From an uncultured Chlamydiae bacterium (GTDB lineage: Bacteria; Chlamydiota; Chlamydiia; Chlamydiales; SM23-39), in the NCBI GenBank assembly GCA_963828125.1, contig CAWHDP010000001.1, positions 320,001-384,000 on the forward strand: a stretch of DNA of 64,000 bases, in the 5' to 3' direction. Below, in pieces: positions 49,471 through 60,459 of this stretch; positions within the stretch are counted from its first letter, which is position 1; every line of letters begins with the position of its first letter. A program made the position numbers and the translations under genes. The notes under the pieces were generated by a model that had not been told where the DNA came from, made no database searches, and worked only from the letters and a program-made list of their open reading frames with translations.

Positions 49471-49774
49471 TCAAAAATACTCAAACTTATGAAAGCCTCC
49501 AAATTTAGCTTGATAACCCTGCTTATCCTGCTTTGTCGTGTATAGAGAAAAAAAAGAAGAGGAAACACAGATGATGGAAGAGTGCCCCAAAGATGATATG
49601 ACCCCTACGCAGCTTGTCAAAGACCCTTGTTGCCCATTCAGCAAGCGAGCTTTGTACTGGCATATTTGGAGAGCAGGAATCAATGGACTTGCTAGTGTGT
49701 TTTGGAAAAAAATCCCTACCTTCAAAATGTTTCGGAGTCGTAAGATGTTCCATTGTCTTTGTGAGAACAATTTC

Positions 49775-52468
49775 ATGGATATTGAACACTCAAGGCAGGG
49801 GGTTCCTGCCGAATTGAGCTTGTCGCCGGAGGGACGCGTCTATTTCAATCAGAATAGCCAGCCAGGCGAGCAGTTGCTTCCGGACGAATATACCAAAATC
49901 CAGGAGCTTTTTGCTCAAGATCCCGCTTGGGCTCTTCTGCATCTGGGACTTCGCGATTTCGGATCGTCCTTGCCCCCCAGTTTCTCATTCTGGCAGACCT
50001 TTTCACGGCAATTCATTACTCGTCTTTGCAGGCTTCAAAGTGCTGAAAATCAAGGAAGGATTGCTATCGATGAGCCAAAAAGCGCCGAACTTCAGGCGAT
50101 GGTGGACAGGGTGCCATTTATACGGGGCGCCAAATATCTTTCGGAAGAAGTACTTACTGCCATTTGGAGGCAGATGGAGACAGTTTTAGACCATGAACTG
50201 CGTGTTTTTTCTGGATCTTTACAAGACTACCTGGCGCAATTTAGCTCTCAATGGAATCAGGTAGGAAGAGTGTGTTTTCACCTGGCAGAAAATAAAAACA
50301 ACGAAGATAGACCCTTTGCCTTTTTGGCCACCTACACAGCGATGAGTAGTTATGGCGCAGTTACGCAGCATCTGCCTTTGAAAAGGGCGCTACAGGAATT
50401 TATGGAGGAAAAAGCGGCTCTTCTATCGCTTCTCATTCCAGTGCAGAAAGCAGCCGGTGCGAGTTCTTTTGTGAAGAACCTGGTCGATACAGGAACAATT
50501 TTTGAAGCGGTTGCATGGACAGCACAGGACGCTCACTCCTTTTTACGGAATATCCCCCTGATGGAGGCAAGCGGCATCGTAGTTCGCGTGCCGAATTGGT
50601 GGAACCCGCAAAAACCTCCGAGATTGAAGGCGGAAGTTCATCTCGGAGGGGCGTCTGCTTCAACGCTTGGTTTGGACAGTCTGCTCGAATTTGATATTCG
50701 GCTGACGCACGACGGGGAATCACTGACTGAAGAGGAGTGGGCCCTGATCAAACAGGGAGGGGGAAATTTCATTCAAATGAAAGGGCGGTGGGTAGAGATC
50801 GATCGAACCAGACTCGATTCGCTCCTGTCCCAATGGAACCACTTGAAAAAGATGCATCAGAGTGGTCTAACAATTGCGGAAGGACTCCGTCTTTTGGCCG
50901 GAATGAGTCCGCAGGAGGTCGGGAGCTCTGCTCTAGCAGATTCTTCTGCCGAATGGTTTCAAATAACGGCTGGCAGCAGGCTGAGAACCCTTTTAGAGCA
51001 GCTGAAAAATCCAAGAGAGTCGACGGAAGTGGAGGAAGCTCTGGGCAGGCGCCTTTGCGCGACTCTCCGCCCCTATCAGAAAAAGGGTGTCCATTGGCTC
51101 TGGATGTTGTATCGATTGCGCTTGGGAGGCTGTCTTGCAGACGATATGGGGTTGGGGAAAACCATCCAGGTGCTTTCCTTGCTGCTGGCGATCAAGGAAA
51201 CTGTCTCCACAGATAAGCCGCATCTTTTAGTGGTTCCTGCCTCGCTACTGGGGAACTGGCAGTCGGAAGCGGCCCGTTTTGCCCCAACATTAAAACTCTC
51301 GATCGCCCATAGTTCAGTGAGCCGAAGTGAAGACCAAAGTGAAGATAGAGCCGATCTGATTATCACAACCTATGGGTTTTTGCAGCGCGCCGAATGGTTG
51401 AAACAAACGGAGTGGAATCTGGTCATTTTGGACGAGGCGCAGGCAATCAAAAATCCCAATGCGAAACAGACTTTAGCGGTGAAAGGATTGAAGGCCGATG
51501 TCCGTTTGGCTCTTACAGGTACGCCTGTTGAAAATCGTATCGGCGATTTGTGGTCGCTTTTTGATTTTACCTCGCCGGGGCTTCTCGGCTCGGCCAAGGC
51601 TTTTGCCGACTACTCTAAACAGGAATGTTTTAACCTCGCATTGCGCAAGTTGACGCAGCCATACATTCTTAGGCGGCTGAAAAGCGATAAAAACATCATT
51701 GCCGATCTTCCCCAGAAAACGGAAATGAAGACCTATTGTCATTTAAGCAAGGCGCAAATTCGCCTCTACGCGCAGACAGTTGAGGAGTTGACAGGGTTGT
51801 TGGGACAAGCTGAAGGGATCAAACGGCGGGGGATTGTTTTATCTTTTTTAATGCGTTTTAAGCAGATCTGTAATCATCCTGCCCAATGTTTAGGGTTTGG
51901 CGAGTTTGACGAAGGGGGGAGTGGTAAATGGGTTCGCCTGCGGGAAATTTGTGAAGACATTGCAGACAGCCAAGAAAAGGTATTGGTTTTTACGCAGTTT
52001 AAAGAAATCATCCCCCCGCTTTTTTCATTTTTAAGCGGCTTATTTGGAAGAGAGGGGTTGATTCTTCATGGAGGGACTGCTGTCCCGAAGCGAGCAGCCC
52101 TGGTAGAGCAATTCCAACAGGATCTGGGGCCGCCTTTTTTTCTTCTTTCTCTGAAAGCGGGAGGAACGGGGCTCAACCTCACGAAAGCTTCCCACGTCAT
52201 TCACTTTGATCGCTGGTGGAATCCAGCTGTGGAAAACCAGGCGACTGATCGCGCCTACCGGATTGGACAGAAGCGCTCTGTATTGGTGCATCAATTTATT
52301 TGCCGCGGTACGATTGAAGAAAAAATCGATACTTTGATTGAGTCAAAAAAGAATTTATCAAAAGAATTGCTGGAAGGAGAGGGAGAGATTTCTCTTACCG
52401 AGTTGTCGAATGAACAGGTGCTGCAAATGGTCAGCCTCGACATCCAGCGTGCCATGGGAGAAAAGTAA
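49775..52468 (+). CDS. SNF2-family helicase (HelZ-like)
   Basis: LRPYQ, ADDMGLGKT, DEAQ, TGTPVEN, DRWWNPAVENQATDRAYRIGQ; ATG 49775 chosen. Confidence 0.93.
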   Translation: MDIEHSRQGVPAELSLSPEGRVYFNQNSQPGEQLLPDEYTKIQELFAQDPAWALLHLGLRDFGSSLPPSFSFWQTFSRQFITRLCRLQSAENQGRIAIDEPKSAELQAMVDRVPFIRGAKYLSEEVLTAIWRQMETVLDHELRVFSGSLQDYLAQFSSQWNQVGRVCFHLAENKNNEDRPFAFLATYTAMSSYGAVTQHLPLKRALQEFMEEKAALLSLLIPVQKAAGASSFVKNLVDTGTIFEAVAWTAQDAHSFLRNIPLMEASGIVVRVPNWWNPQKPPRLKAEVHLGGASASTLGLDSLLEFDIRLTHDGESLTEEEWALIKQGGGNFIQMKGRWVEIDRTRLDSLLSQWNHLKKMHQSGLTIAEGLRLLAGMSPQEVGSSALADSSAEWFQITAGSRLRTLLEQLKNPRESTEVEEALGRRLCATLRPYQKKGVHWLWMLYRLRLGGCLADDMGLGKTIQVLSLLLAIKETVSTDKPHLLVVPASLLGNWQSEAARFAPTLKLSIAHSSVSRSEDQSEDRADLIITTYGFLQRAEWLKQTEWNLVILDEAQAIKNPNAKQTLAVKGLKADVRLALTGTPVENRIGDLWSLFDFTSPGLLGSAKAFADYSKQECFNLALRKLTQPYILRRLKSDKNIIADLPQKTEMKTYCHLSKAQIRLYAQTVEELTGLLGQAEGIKRRGIVLSFLMRFKQICNHPAQCLGFGEFDEGGSGKWVRLREICEDIADSQEKVLVFTQFKEIIPPLFSFLSGLFGREGLILHGGTAVPKRAALVEQFQQDLGPPFFLLSLKAGGTGLNLTKASHVIHFDRWWNPAVENQATDRAYRIGQKRSVLVHQFICRGTIEEKIDTLIESKKNLSKELLEGEGEISLTELSNEQVLQMVSLDIQRAMGEK

Positions 52469-53397
52469 TGGGATATTGGGCTCCATATGTGCCAGTTGCC
52501 AAAAAAAAGGCGCAGGCTGCCAAGCATGTAAAATCAATGAAGGCGAAAGGTAAAGTGCTTAATCCTATCGAGATCATTGGGCGTCAAATCGCGAATACTT
52601 TTTGGGGAAAAGCTTGGTGCGATCATTTAGAAAATTATAGCGATTATGAGAATCGCCTGCCACGAGGGAGAACCTATGTTCGCAATGGCGCTGTGATCGA
52701 TCTCCAAGTGTCCGTTGGGAAAATCCACGCAAAAGTGATGGGCTCTTATCTTTATGAGGTCGATATTGAAATTAAGCCAATGAGTTCTGCTAAATGGAAA
52801 AGCCTGGTCAAGGCATGCTCTGGAAAAATCGATTCTCTAGTCGAGCTGCTGCAGGGGAAATTTTCAAACGGCGTCATGGCGATGATCATTGATCAAAACA
52901 ATGGCCTGTTCCCCCGTCCCAATGAAATTGAGATGGAATGCACCTGTCCCGATGGAGTGGGGATGTGCAAACATACTGCTGCGGTCCTTTATGGCATTGG
53001 CGCATCTTTAGATCGCTCGCCGGAATATCTCTTCATGCTCCGGCACGTTGATCACCTTGAGTTGATTGTCCAGGCAAGCGCGAAAGGGATCATCGCTCCA
53101 TCTCGACCTAGTACAGATACTTTGGCAGAAAGCGACCTCTCGGCTCTATTCGGCATTGAGATGGCTGGAGCTGTAAAACCTCTCGTAGAAAAAAAGGTAT
53201 TCCCTCTTAAAAAACCAGTCCCTGAGGAGCGAATTGAGATTTCCATTCCGCAAGCAGCCGTACTTCTGAAAATTTCCGAACTGCGTCTGAAAAAACTCCT
53301 CGATGAAAAAATCATTGTCTGCCGCCAAGCAGGCAAGCAGCGTTGGATTGATTTTGAAGAAATCATTAGATATAGGAAAGCCCAAGAAAAAGTATGA
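52468..53397 (+). CDS. SWIM zinc-finger protein with a C-terminal excisionase-like HTH
   Basis: NRLPRGRTYVRNG, CTCPD...CKH; ISIPQAAVLLKIS...GKQRWI. Confidence 0.88.
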   Translation: MGYWAPYVPVAKKKAQAAKHVKSMKAKGKVLNPIEIIGRQIANTFWGKAWCDHLENYSDYENRLPRGRTYVRNGAVIDLQVSVGKIHAKVMGSYLYEVDIEIKPMSSAKWKSLVKACSGKIDSLVELLQGKFSNGVMAMIIDQNNGLFPRPNEIEMECTCPDGVGMCKHTAAVLYGIGASLDRSPEYLFMLRHVDHLELIVQASAKGIIAPSRPSTDTLAESDLSALFGIEMAGAVKPLVEKKVFPLKKPVPEERIEISIPQAAVLLKISELRLKKLLDEKIIVCRQAGKQRWIDFEEIIRYRKAQEKV

Positions 53398-54074
53398 GAT
53401 TCATCTTCTGTATGCTCGTTTTAAGTGCTTCTTTTTTGGCGGAGGCCCAAGAGGCGCAAAAACCATTGTCTGTTATTTTTCTGGATATAGATGGGGTATT
53501 GATTGGAGCTCGGGATTTGGATCCTCTTTCGACATGGATACGACAAAAATTGGTTGAATTGTTTGGCTTAAAAGAAGAGCCATATAGAGGATATACAGAA
53601 TTACAGTGGAGGATAGCAGCCAGTCATTTTCTGGATGAATGCGCTGTAAAAAATCTTGAAAAATTGATTCAGCGAGTGAACGATGTGTCATCGGTAGCCA
53701 TCGTTCTTTCATCGGCTTGGAGGTTAGATGGGACTGCTGACGAAATCAAGAATCAGATGTTCAGAGGAGCATCTTTTGCTCCGTTCATCATAGATAAGAC
53801 GCCAGATGAAGATTGGTGGAGAAGAAGAAACGGCGAAGAGGAACTGTCCCCAGACGCCTTAAAAAAATATGGATTTGCGCTCAGAACAAGGGGCTCGGAG
53901 ATCAATTACTGGCTCTTGGAGAATCGGGAGAAATGGAATATCCAAAACTTTGTCATTCTTGATGATGTTGATTATGGAATATCAGAGCGATACCCAGATC
54001 ATTTCGTGGAGGTCTGCTGGCTGCTCTCCGAGGCGGATGTTGAAAAAGCGTACGATATTTTGACTAGGCCTTGA
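53394..54074 (+). CDS. HAD-family protein (Swiss-Army-knife RNA-repair-like) with a signal peptide
   Basis: FLDIDGVL, VLSSAWR, RGSEI, VILDD. Confidence 0.85.
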   Translation: MRFIFCMLVLSASFLAEAQEAQKPLSVIFLDIDGVLIGARDLDPLSTWIRQKLVELFGLKEEPYRGYTELQWRIAASHFLDECAVKNLEKLIQRVNDVSSVAIVLSSAWRLDGTADEIKNQMFRGASFAPFIIDKTPDEDWWRRRNGEEELSPDALKKYGFALRTRGSEINYWLLENREKWNIQNFVILDDVDYGISERYPDHFVEVCWLLSEADVEKAYDILTRP

Positions 54075-55332
54075 ATTTGAATTTTGAGTGAATCAGTACT
54101 TGTTTGCCTTTGAAAGCAAAACCAAGGTATCTATAGAGATCGCCTACTTCGATATTGGGTATCCGTAAACGGCAATTAGCTCTTTGAGAAGGGGGTGCAT
54201 CGATCGTTACATACCCGCTATAGAGGAGTACAGACCAGATGGCATTAGGGCTTTTTTCCAGATCGGGGAATATGATTCCTTCTTCGATTGTTTTTTCAAC
54301 AACGCCTCCCCTAAGAAGCTCCTCAATATCGACCTTCAAATCATCGGTTCCTCTAGCTATCAGATGTTTCATGAGCGCATTATCGCTCGTATTCACCCAA
54401 TATGGAGATAAGACTCCCATTTCAGCAATGCATTTTAAAACAGACCAAGGATTATAAATCCCACCGCAGGATCCAATGCGATAGCCATCATACCACTGAC
54501 TTATTTCGGATAATTTGGAGTCAAGTCCATAATCTTCGAGAAGGATTTTTACCTCTGATTCAAGGAGTCCGAATTGGTTGCTAAATGGTTCGTTTAGGAT
54601 TGTGAAGGTACTGATGTTATTTGCTCCTGAAAAAATACTTTCTTTTGCAATCCGCAAAATCCCGGTAAGCACGCCTCGTTCCAGATGGATATTGTCTTTA
54701 AAGCCTTTGGACATCCAATTTCGTAGGATTTCGATGATCTGGTCGTAGTATTTCCAAATATAGGCAGCATGTGCTGGCGCATCATATTCATCAACCAGGA
54801 GAATGACTCGTTTTTTATGATAGCGGTGTAGCCATTCTGAAAGAAGAAGAAGGCTTTCTTCAAGTAAGAGTGGGTCGTTATCTTCAGAAAGAACCTTAGA
54901 AAATAGTTTCTTTTCCCGTTCCGTTAAAAGCTCTTTTTCCAGAAGATATCTATGATGCTCATATTCTTTTGCAACCAATTTGCGGAAAGCTCCAAGGGTC
55001 TTTTCTAACGAGGAGTGTTTTACATCTTTGAGCGAGATGGAAACAACAGGGAACTGTCCCTGCAGAGCTCTGTACTTCTCGTTTTTCCAAATATTTAGAT
55101 CTTTGAACAGGTAGCTTGTATCCTCTTCACTCTTCTCAAAGAAATAGCGCAACATTGAAAGGTTCAATGTTTTGCCAAAGCGGCGTGGGCGTGGAATGAG
55201 GGCGACTTCAGTTCCTTTCTCTACAATTTCCTGCACCAAGAGGGTTTTATCCACATAGGCGTAGCCCCCATCTCTCAGTTTTTTGAAATCGCTAATCCCG
55301 ATAGGGAGTGGTTTTTTCGTACTGTTTTTCAC
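54064..55332 (-). pseudogene. AAA-ATPase-like/PD-(D/E)XK protein with the nuclease domain deleted
   Basis: PIGISDF, YVDKT, RPRRFGKTLNLSML, DEYD, YNPWS, IPNIEV followed directly by terminal LGFAFKGKQV. Confidence 0.8.
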
Positions 55333-55426
55333 AAGATCTCCTATCAGAGAGGATACCTATTTTGGGGTAAAAGATGTAGAGAATTCAGGCTGATACGCCT
55401 ATCTCCGGTCATTAAACCTTAGCGCA

Positions 55427-55690
55427 GTGGACCAGATACTGTTCGTCGCTGACGGGGCCCACTGGATATGGGACTCGGTGCAACTCGCCAGGAAAATGCT
55501 CGACATGGGTGGCGTACGCTGTAAAATCCTGGAGTTAATCGATTTTTACCATGCGGTGCAGCATTTGCATGCGTTCGCGGAACTGAAGCGCCAATGGTCC
55601 AGAAGAAAGCGGAAGCAATGGATATCGCGGCAGAAACACCTGCTCAAGAACGGTGGGACCACTCAAGTGATCGAGAATTTACAAAATGAG
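55427..55690 (+). mobile_element. ISKra4/ISLre2-like transposase internal fragment
   Basis: ADGAHWIW, IDFYHAVQHL. Confidence 0.8.
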
Positions 55691-56165
55691 TTAGTTTGTC
55701 GAAACGTATCCCCTGAATTGCAGAGTGTTTTTCCATCAATTGCAATGACTCCCTCGACCGTTGCCGCAATTGTACGAATCCAGTGCATGAAACATTCGTG
55801 AAAACTCTTTGGGTCAAGGAGTCGAAATACCCTATTGAGAGTGTCGTGGGAAGGAACTCCATTCAAACACAATCCAACAGAAGCAAGCCAGTCCCGTCGA
55901 AAGTAGGCCCATCTGTAAACAGAGACAAAGTCATTCGCATCAGCAATAATTCCCATGATGGTGATGGCAACTATATCGATCAGAGGGTAACTTTGGTTTC
56001 GTTTTTTGCGGGGATCGGGAAGCTCTCCGAAGGCGAGAAGAAGAGGGGCATTTGCCGGTAATGAAAAACTCATGTGTATCTCCAGGTTATAAAAAACCCG
56101 TAAAGTACACACTTATAAAGAATTTCTTGTCAAAAAGATTCAAAATTTTTCATGCCATTTCCCTG
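55688..56165 (-). mobile_element. ISAs1-family element, left end plus truncated transposase (ATG 56073)
   Basis: LPDPR, GVPSHDTLNRVF, IAIDGKTL; end sequence CAGGGAAATGGCATG at 56165-56151. Confidence 0.88.
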
Positions 56166-56305
56166 ATAGGAGCAAACATGGAACAAAAGGAAAGCCTTTC
56201 ATTTTATGCTTCTAGCTTTTTCAATCCAAGCAAAATGGAAGATTTTTCACTTCGAAATGAGCAAATGCATCTGCGATCATACGATTGCATCACAACAAAA
56301 ATCAG

Positions 56306-57376
56306 TTAGGTCTTTTTGGTGATTTTGTGGCATTGAGGACATCCGACTGGGCTACGGTCGAGAGCCATGAGCTGGAAGGTAGGTGTTTGACATTTGAGAC
56401 AGGGCAAGGGTTCTGTTCGATGGGTTTTAGGGTCCCATACGATTTCAATCGGAATACGGGCGCCTTGATGAATAAGGGTAATCGGGGTCGCGATTTGAAG
56501 CTGTTCGATCCAGAGGACATTGACCAGGCGGATCTCCGTTTGCAGGGAGTTCTTTTTTTGCAAATCAGCAATTCGTGCCTTCTCCTCCAAGTCGATTGTT
56601 TGCAACTGTTGGGAAAAACGAGAAAAATCTTCGCCCTTGACTTTTGCTTTTTCTTGACGAGTTAGCAGCTCTTCTCTGAGTTCGCTAAAATATCCTTTTA
56701 GCCTTTGTGATTCTTTAGCAAAAGTAGTTTGCAGCTTTTGTTTTAGCATGGCTGTTCCGGCCTTGGCCTTTCCTGAGCACTCATTCCAAGCGATCATATA
56801 GCCCTCTTCTCGAGAGATAGAACTGGCATCGGGGTAGGGGAGGGGACGACAATAGGTGGTCTCTGAAGTATCCAGGAGAGATTCAAGGTGACGCGCTATT
56901 CTTCCAAAATGAAGATCGATGCCAACGGAGAGGAGTGTTTGCTGTTTTTCATCGCTTAAGTAAGTGATTTGAAAATGAAATAAAGCTTTCGAGAAATAAA
57001 GAGGGCGGGGAGTTCCAAAAGATAAGGTCAAATTAGGCGTAAGAATCAACGCCTGTCTGATTGAGGCTTCCAGGTTTTGAGGGGACCAGTTAGATTCCGA
57101 TAAGAAAATACGAGAGGATCTTCCGGCATCGACTGATTTTTGGAAGAGCTCATCGAGAGCAGGATCTCCCAGGGCCAAAAGCCGCGAGCCGGGATGTTCG
57201 GGGATAGCTTCCGGATCAAAACAGAAGCGAGTGAAATCTGCCTTTTTCCCATGGGCCAGAATTTTGCTTAATTCGCTGGGCAAAAGAGCGTCATAGACCT
57301 TGGATTCGACCTCTTCCCAAGGCACATCTTCAGCGTTGAAATAGGAGAGGAGAAATGATTCAAGAGGATGGGTCAT
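56306..57376 (-). CDS. YqhG-like partner of a SNF2 helicase
   Basis: Coupled to the helicase; coiled coil RLKGYF; C-terminal CxxC...CxxC. Confidence 0.65.
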   Translation of the reverse strand: MTHPLESFLLSYFNAEDVPWEEVESKVYDALLPSELSKILAHGKKADFTRFCFDPEAIPEHPGSRLLALGDPALDELFQKSVDAGRSSRIFLSESNWSPQNLEASIRQALILTPNLTLSFGTPRPLYFSKALFHFQITYLSDEKQQTLLSVGIDLHFGRIARHLESLLDTSETTYCRPLPYPDASSISREEGYMIAWNECSGKAKAGTAMLKQKLQTTFAKESQRLKGYFSELREELLTRQEKAKVKGEDFSRFSQQLQTIDLEEKARIADLQKKNSLQTEIRLVNVLWIEQLQIATPITLIHQGARIPIEIVWDPKTHRTEPLPCLKCQTPTFQLMALDRSPVGCPQCHKITKKT

Positions 57377-59469
57377 TCAGACACCGTAAATTTAGATCCA
57401 AAAAGCTCCTCTTCGTACTCTTGGCCTTTCAAATAGGTCTTTTTGGCATCGACAAGCTGCGATCCAAAGTCATCCATTTTATCGTGAAATTCTTCAGAAG
57501 TTTCCGTGTTTTGCCAGAGTTCAAGAATTTGATCTTCAAAGTCTTTTTCCTCTTCCATCTGGCCGAGAATCATATCCATTTCTCCCATGACCAGTTCGAA
57601 GAGGTTGATTTTTGCCTCTAGCAGATGAAGAATTTCCTCTTCGACAGTTCCTGCCGTGACAAAATTCAAGATGTGGACATCTCTTTTTTGACCAATACGG
57701 CTTAGACGACCGATTCTTTGCTCGATTCGCATGGGATTCCAGGGAAGATCGAAATTGCATAAAATATTGCAAAATTGTAAGTTTCTTCCTTCGCTTCCTG
57801 CGTCGGTGGAGAGCAGAATTTGTTTTTCTTCCCGGAAGACTTGAATTGCATGTTCTTTTTCCAGGCGGGATAATCCTCCATGGAATACGGCTGTACGAAC
57901 GCCCGCTTCTTCCAGTGCTTTATGTAATACTTCCTGAGTAGCACGAAATTGAGTAAAGACGACGGCTTTATCGCTCAGGCTTTTTGCCCATTCAACAAAT
58001 GCTTTCGTCTTTGCACAAGAGGGAAGGTTTTTAGCGGCTAGAGCAAAGGGAGCAAATGCTTTTTTCCCCCCCGTCTCGATAGTCTTGGTGAAAGCCATGG
58101 GCGTGCTACCCAATAGGCGTTGCAAAGAGAGAATCCCCATGCCGGTGGCATCTTCCAGGTTGGCGCCTTTTTGAAGTTGCTTTTTTGCAAATGCAGTGAA
58201 TTCTTGGTAAAAAGCAGACTCTTCTTGAGAAGGGGTGATGCGAACAGTCTTTGCAAATCTCTTGGTGAATTGGATTCCTATGGAGGATCTCCGGTTTCTG
58301 ATCATTGCCTCTTCTACAAGGCCATGGAGCTGGCCGATGTTTTTAGCTTTGAACTTATCCTTTGAATCCATGAATCGTTTTTTGAAGTTGGAATGGGTGC
58401 TAAGCAGGCCGGGTTTGAGCAGCGTAATGAGATTATAGAGATCTTCCAATCCATTTTGAATGGGAGTCGCCGTTAAAAGCAAGATGTACTTTTTCTGCAG
58501 AGCGCCCACGAATTTCCACAGTAAAGTCGAGCGGTTGCGTAGGTGATGGGCTTCATCCACAATGACCAGATCCCAATTCCTGGCTTCAATGAGGGATCGA
58601 TGTGGATCGCGTTTGGCTGTGTGATACGAGGCAACGATTAAATCAAATTCCTGCCAAGGATTCTTTTTTTCGAGGAAAGCTGCGTCGAAAGAGGCGGTAA
58701 AGTCTAGTCCGAATTTTCGCTGCATTTCTCCCTTCCACTGCGCCGTAAGAGCAGGGGGTGTGAGGATCAAAATATTTTGGCAAAGCTTCCTTAAATGAAG
58801 CTCAAGAGTAATAAGACCTGCCTCAATCGTTTTGCCCAGGCCCACTTCATCGCAAAGAAGCGCCTTTCCTCTAAATCGGTTCAGGACAGTTCGAGCTGTT
58901 TTAAGTTGGTGGTCATAGGGCTCCACCTCCTTCAAAAAAGGGAGGCTGATTAAGTTGTCAAATCCAGCAATCGTTAAGAACTGAGCCGCCTGTTTTGCTA
59001 GTTGAAACTTTTCCCATGAAGCCGAGGGGGCGTTCAAGATTTCGAAATCTTTCGGAAGAGGCTGTAATTCGCTATCTATTGGGGCAGTGGATCGAATCTG
59101 CGTTTCTTGAAGGTTGACCAAACGAAAGATCAGAGGAAACTCTTGTGTCAATTCCAGTGTATGGCAAGGCGGCAAGATTGTCTTTTTTGCAAATACAAAA
59201 GAGGGGCTATCCGCATCGAAACGGGCCTCGATCTTCTTTCCATCGGGACTTTCGATGTGGAGAAGTGCATCGGGTTCTAAGATTACAGTCCATGAGCTGT
59301 CTAACAGCAGCCGATCAGGTCTAATCGAACCTGAGGGAAGAGTCCAACGATCTCCGCAGCGAGCAAAGGGGTGCAAAAGAAGCCTCCTCCAAAAAACATA
59401 AGACAAGAGTTTATTCCGAAAAAGATACTTATGCAAGAGCTGCATGAGGATCGACTTGAAAAGCAACAA
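57373..59469 (-). CDS. SNF2/RapA-like helicase (YqhH-like); start uncertain
   Basis: DEVGLGKTIEAG, DEAHH, TATP, EGRNLQF, DLPWNPMRIEQRIGR. Confidence 0.92.
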   Translation of the reverse strand: MLLFKSILMQLLHKYLFRNKLLSYVFWRRLLLHPFARCGDRWTLPSGSIRPDRLLLDSSWTVILEPDALLHIESPDGKKIEARFDADSPSFVFAKKTILPPCHTLELTQEFPLIFRLVNLQETQIRSTAPIDSELQPLPKDFEILNAPSASWEKFQLAKQAAQFLTIAGFDNLISLPFLKEVEPYDHQLKTARTVLNRFRGKALLCDEVGLGKTIEAGLITLELHLRKLCQNILILTPPALTAQWKGEMQRKFGLDFTASFDAAFLEKKNPWQEFDLIVASYHTAKRDPHRSLIEARNWDLVIVDEAHHLRNRSTLLWKFVGALQKKYILLLTATPIQNGLEDLYNLITLLKPGLLSTHSNFKKRFMDSKDKFKAKNIGQLHGLVEEAMIRNRRSSIGIQFTKRFAKTVRITPSQEESAFYQEFTAFAKKQLQKGANLEDATGMGILSLQRLLGSTPMAFTKTIETGGKKAFAPFALAAKNLPSCAKTKAFVEWAKSLSDKAVVFTQFRATQEVLHKALEEAGVRTAVFHGGLSRLEKEHAIQVFREEKQILLSTDAGSEGRNLQFCNILCNFDLPWNPMRIEQRIGRLSRIGQKRDVHILNFVTAGTVEEEILHLLEAKINLFELVMGEMDMILGQMEEEKDFEDQILELWQNTETSEEFHDKMDDFGSQLVDAKKTYLKGQEYEEELFGSKFTVSE

Positions 59470-59652
59470 ACCTAGAAATTTTTGACTTCTGGTATTTTTT
59501 AGGTTCGATGACTGCAGAAGTGCACAACTGCGTATTTTGCATTAACCAATGATTAACAGCAGAAATCAGATCTTGAAGAAGTTTTGGAGGTTGACGTGCT
59601 GCTTTCTAAAGTTAAAGCTCTGAGCAAGCAAGAATGTGCCAAACTTTTTAAA

Positions 59653-59946
59653 CTACTCAGTAGCCAAGATGACATGCACTAATAGGGCTAAGGCAAAAAA
59701 GAAGATGGGTATACCCCAACACAAGCGGGTGATACTATAATAGGTCTTTGAATAACTGAACCACATCAAAAAAAAGCTTAGTGGCATTGCAAAAATGGGC
59801 AATAGATCAATGAAACCAAGCAGTTTATTCTTGAAGGTCGCATTGATTGAATTAGCTCCGACAAATGGAGCAAAGAAAAAAAACAAAAACGGAAAAAGAA
59901 ATAAATAGGTAAGCCCCCAAACGATCCAATTGGCAATCAATCGCAT
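59653..59946 (-). CDS. Small 3-TM hypothetical protein
   Basis: 97-aa hydrophobic ORF. Confidence 0.55.
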   Translation of the reverse strand: MRLIANWIVWGLTYLFLFPFLFFFFAPFVGANSINATFKNKLLGFIDLLPIFAMPLSFFLMWFSYSKTYYSITRLCWGIPIFFFALALLVHVILATE

Positions 59947-60459
59947 TAACTAACAGCAGACAGTTTAGCGGCTTATGAGATTTCGATCTACTGTGATCTT
60001 GAGCGATCTGCTGTGGTCTTTGGGGCTTTAGTGGTCATCCAATGGTCATTTGAGGATTTGGGACTTGAGGCCGAACATAGAAGAGCTTGAACGCTCACTG
60101 CTTCCATGTTCATTGCGATCTTTGGGTTTCCTATCGTTTAAATCGACCCAGAAGAGCAACCCCGAAGAACCCCGAAGCGAAAAATTTCGGGGTTGGTTTT
60201 CAGGGTTCAACCTTAGGTAAAATAAAGACTTTAAGAGGATCAAAAGGACCTTTGGAGAGTTCGACTAACAGCCCCTCAATCCATAGGAGGATATCTGTGT
60301 TTTTGTGCTTTTTCTTGGTTTTTTGAATTTAACATACAAAAAATAAGCATGTTATAAGAACGCAAACCTTGTGTTGCATTGTGTTCTTTGTGTTTTAAAA
60401 ATCAAGCAATCGCCCTAGAAGAATTGATTCGTATACGCTATAATCGTTTTGGGCTTGAT

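Noticed and set aside
49471..49789. Short overlapping ORFs and an N-terminal extension of the SNF2 gene
   Set aside because: No recognisable motifs; the helicase more plausibly starts at 49775
59950..60330. Small ORFs and an AACCCCGAAG repeat/hairpin at 60158-60208
   Set aside because: No convincing coding signal; single occurrence in the window, function not assignable
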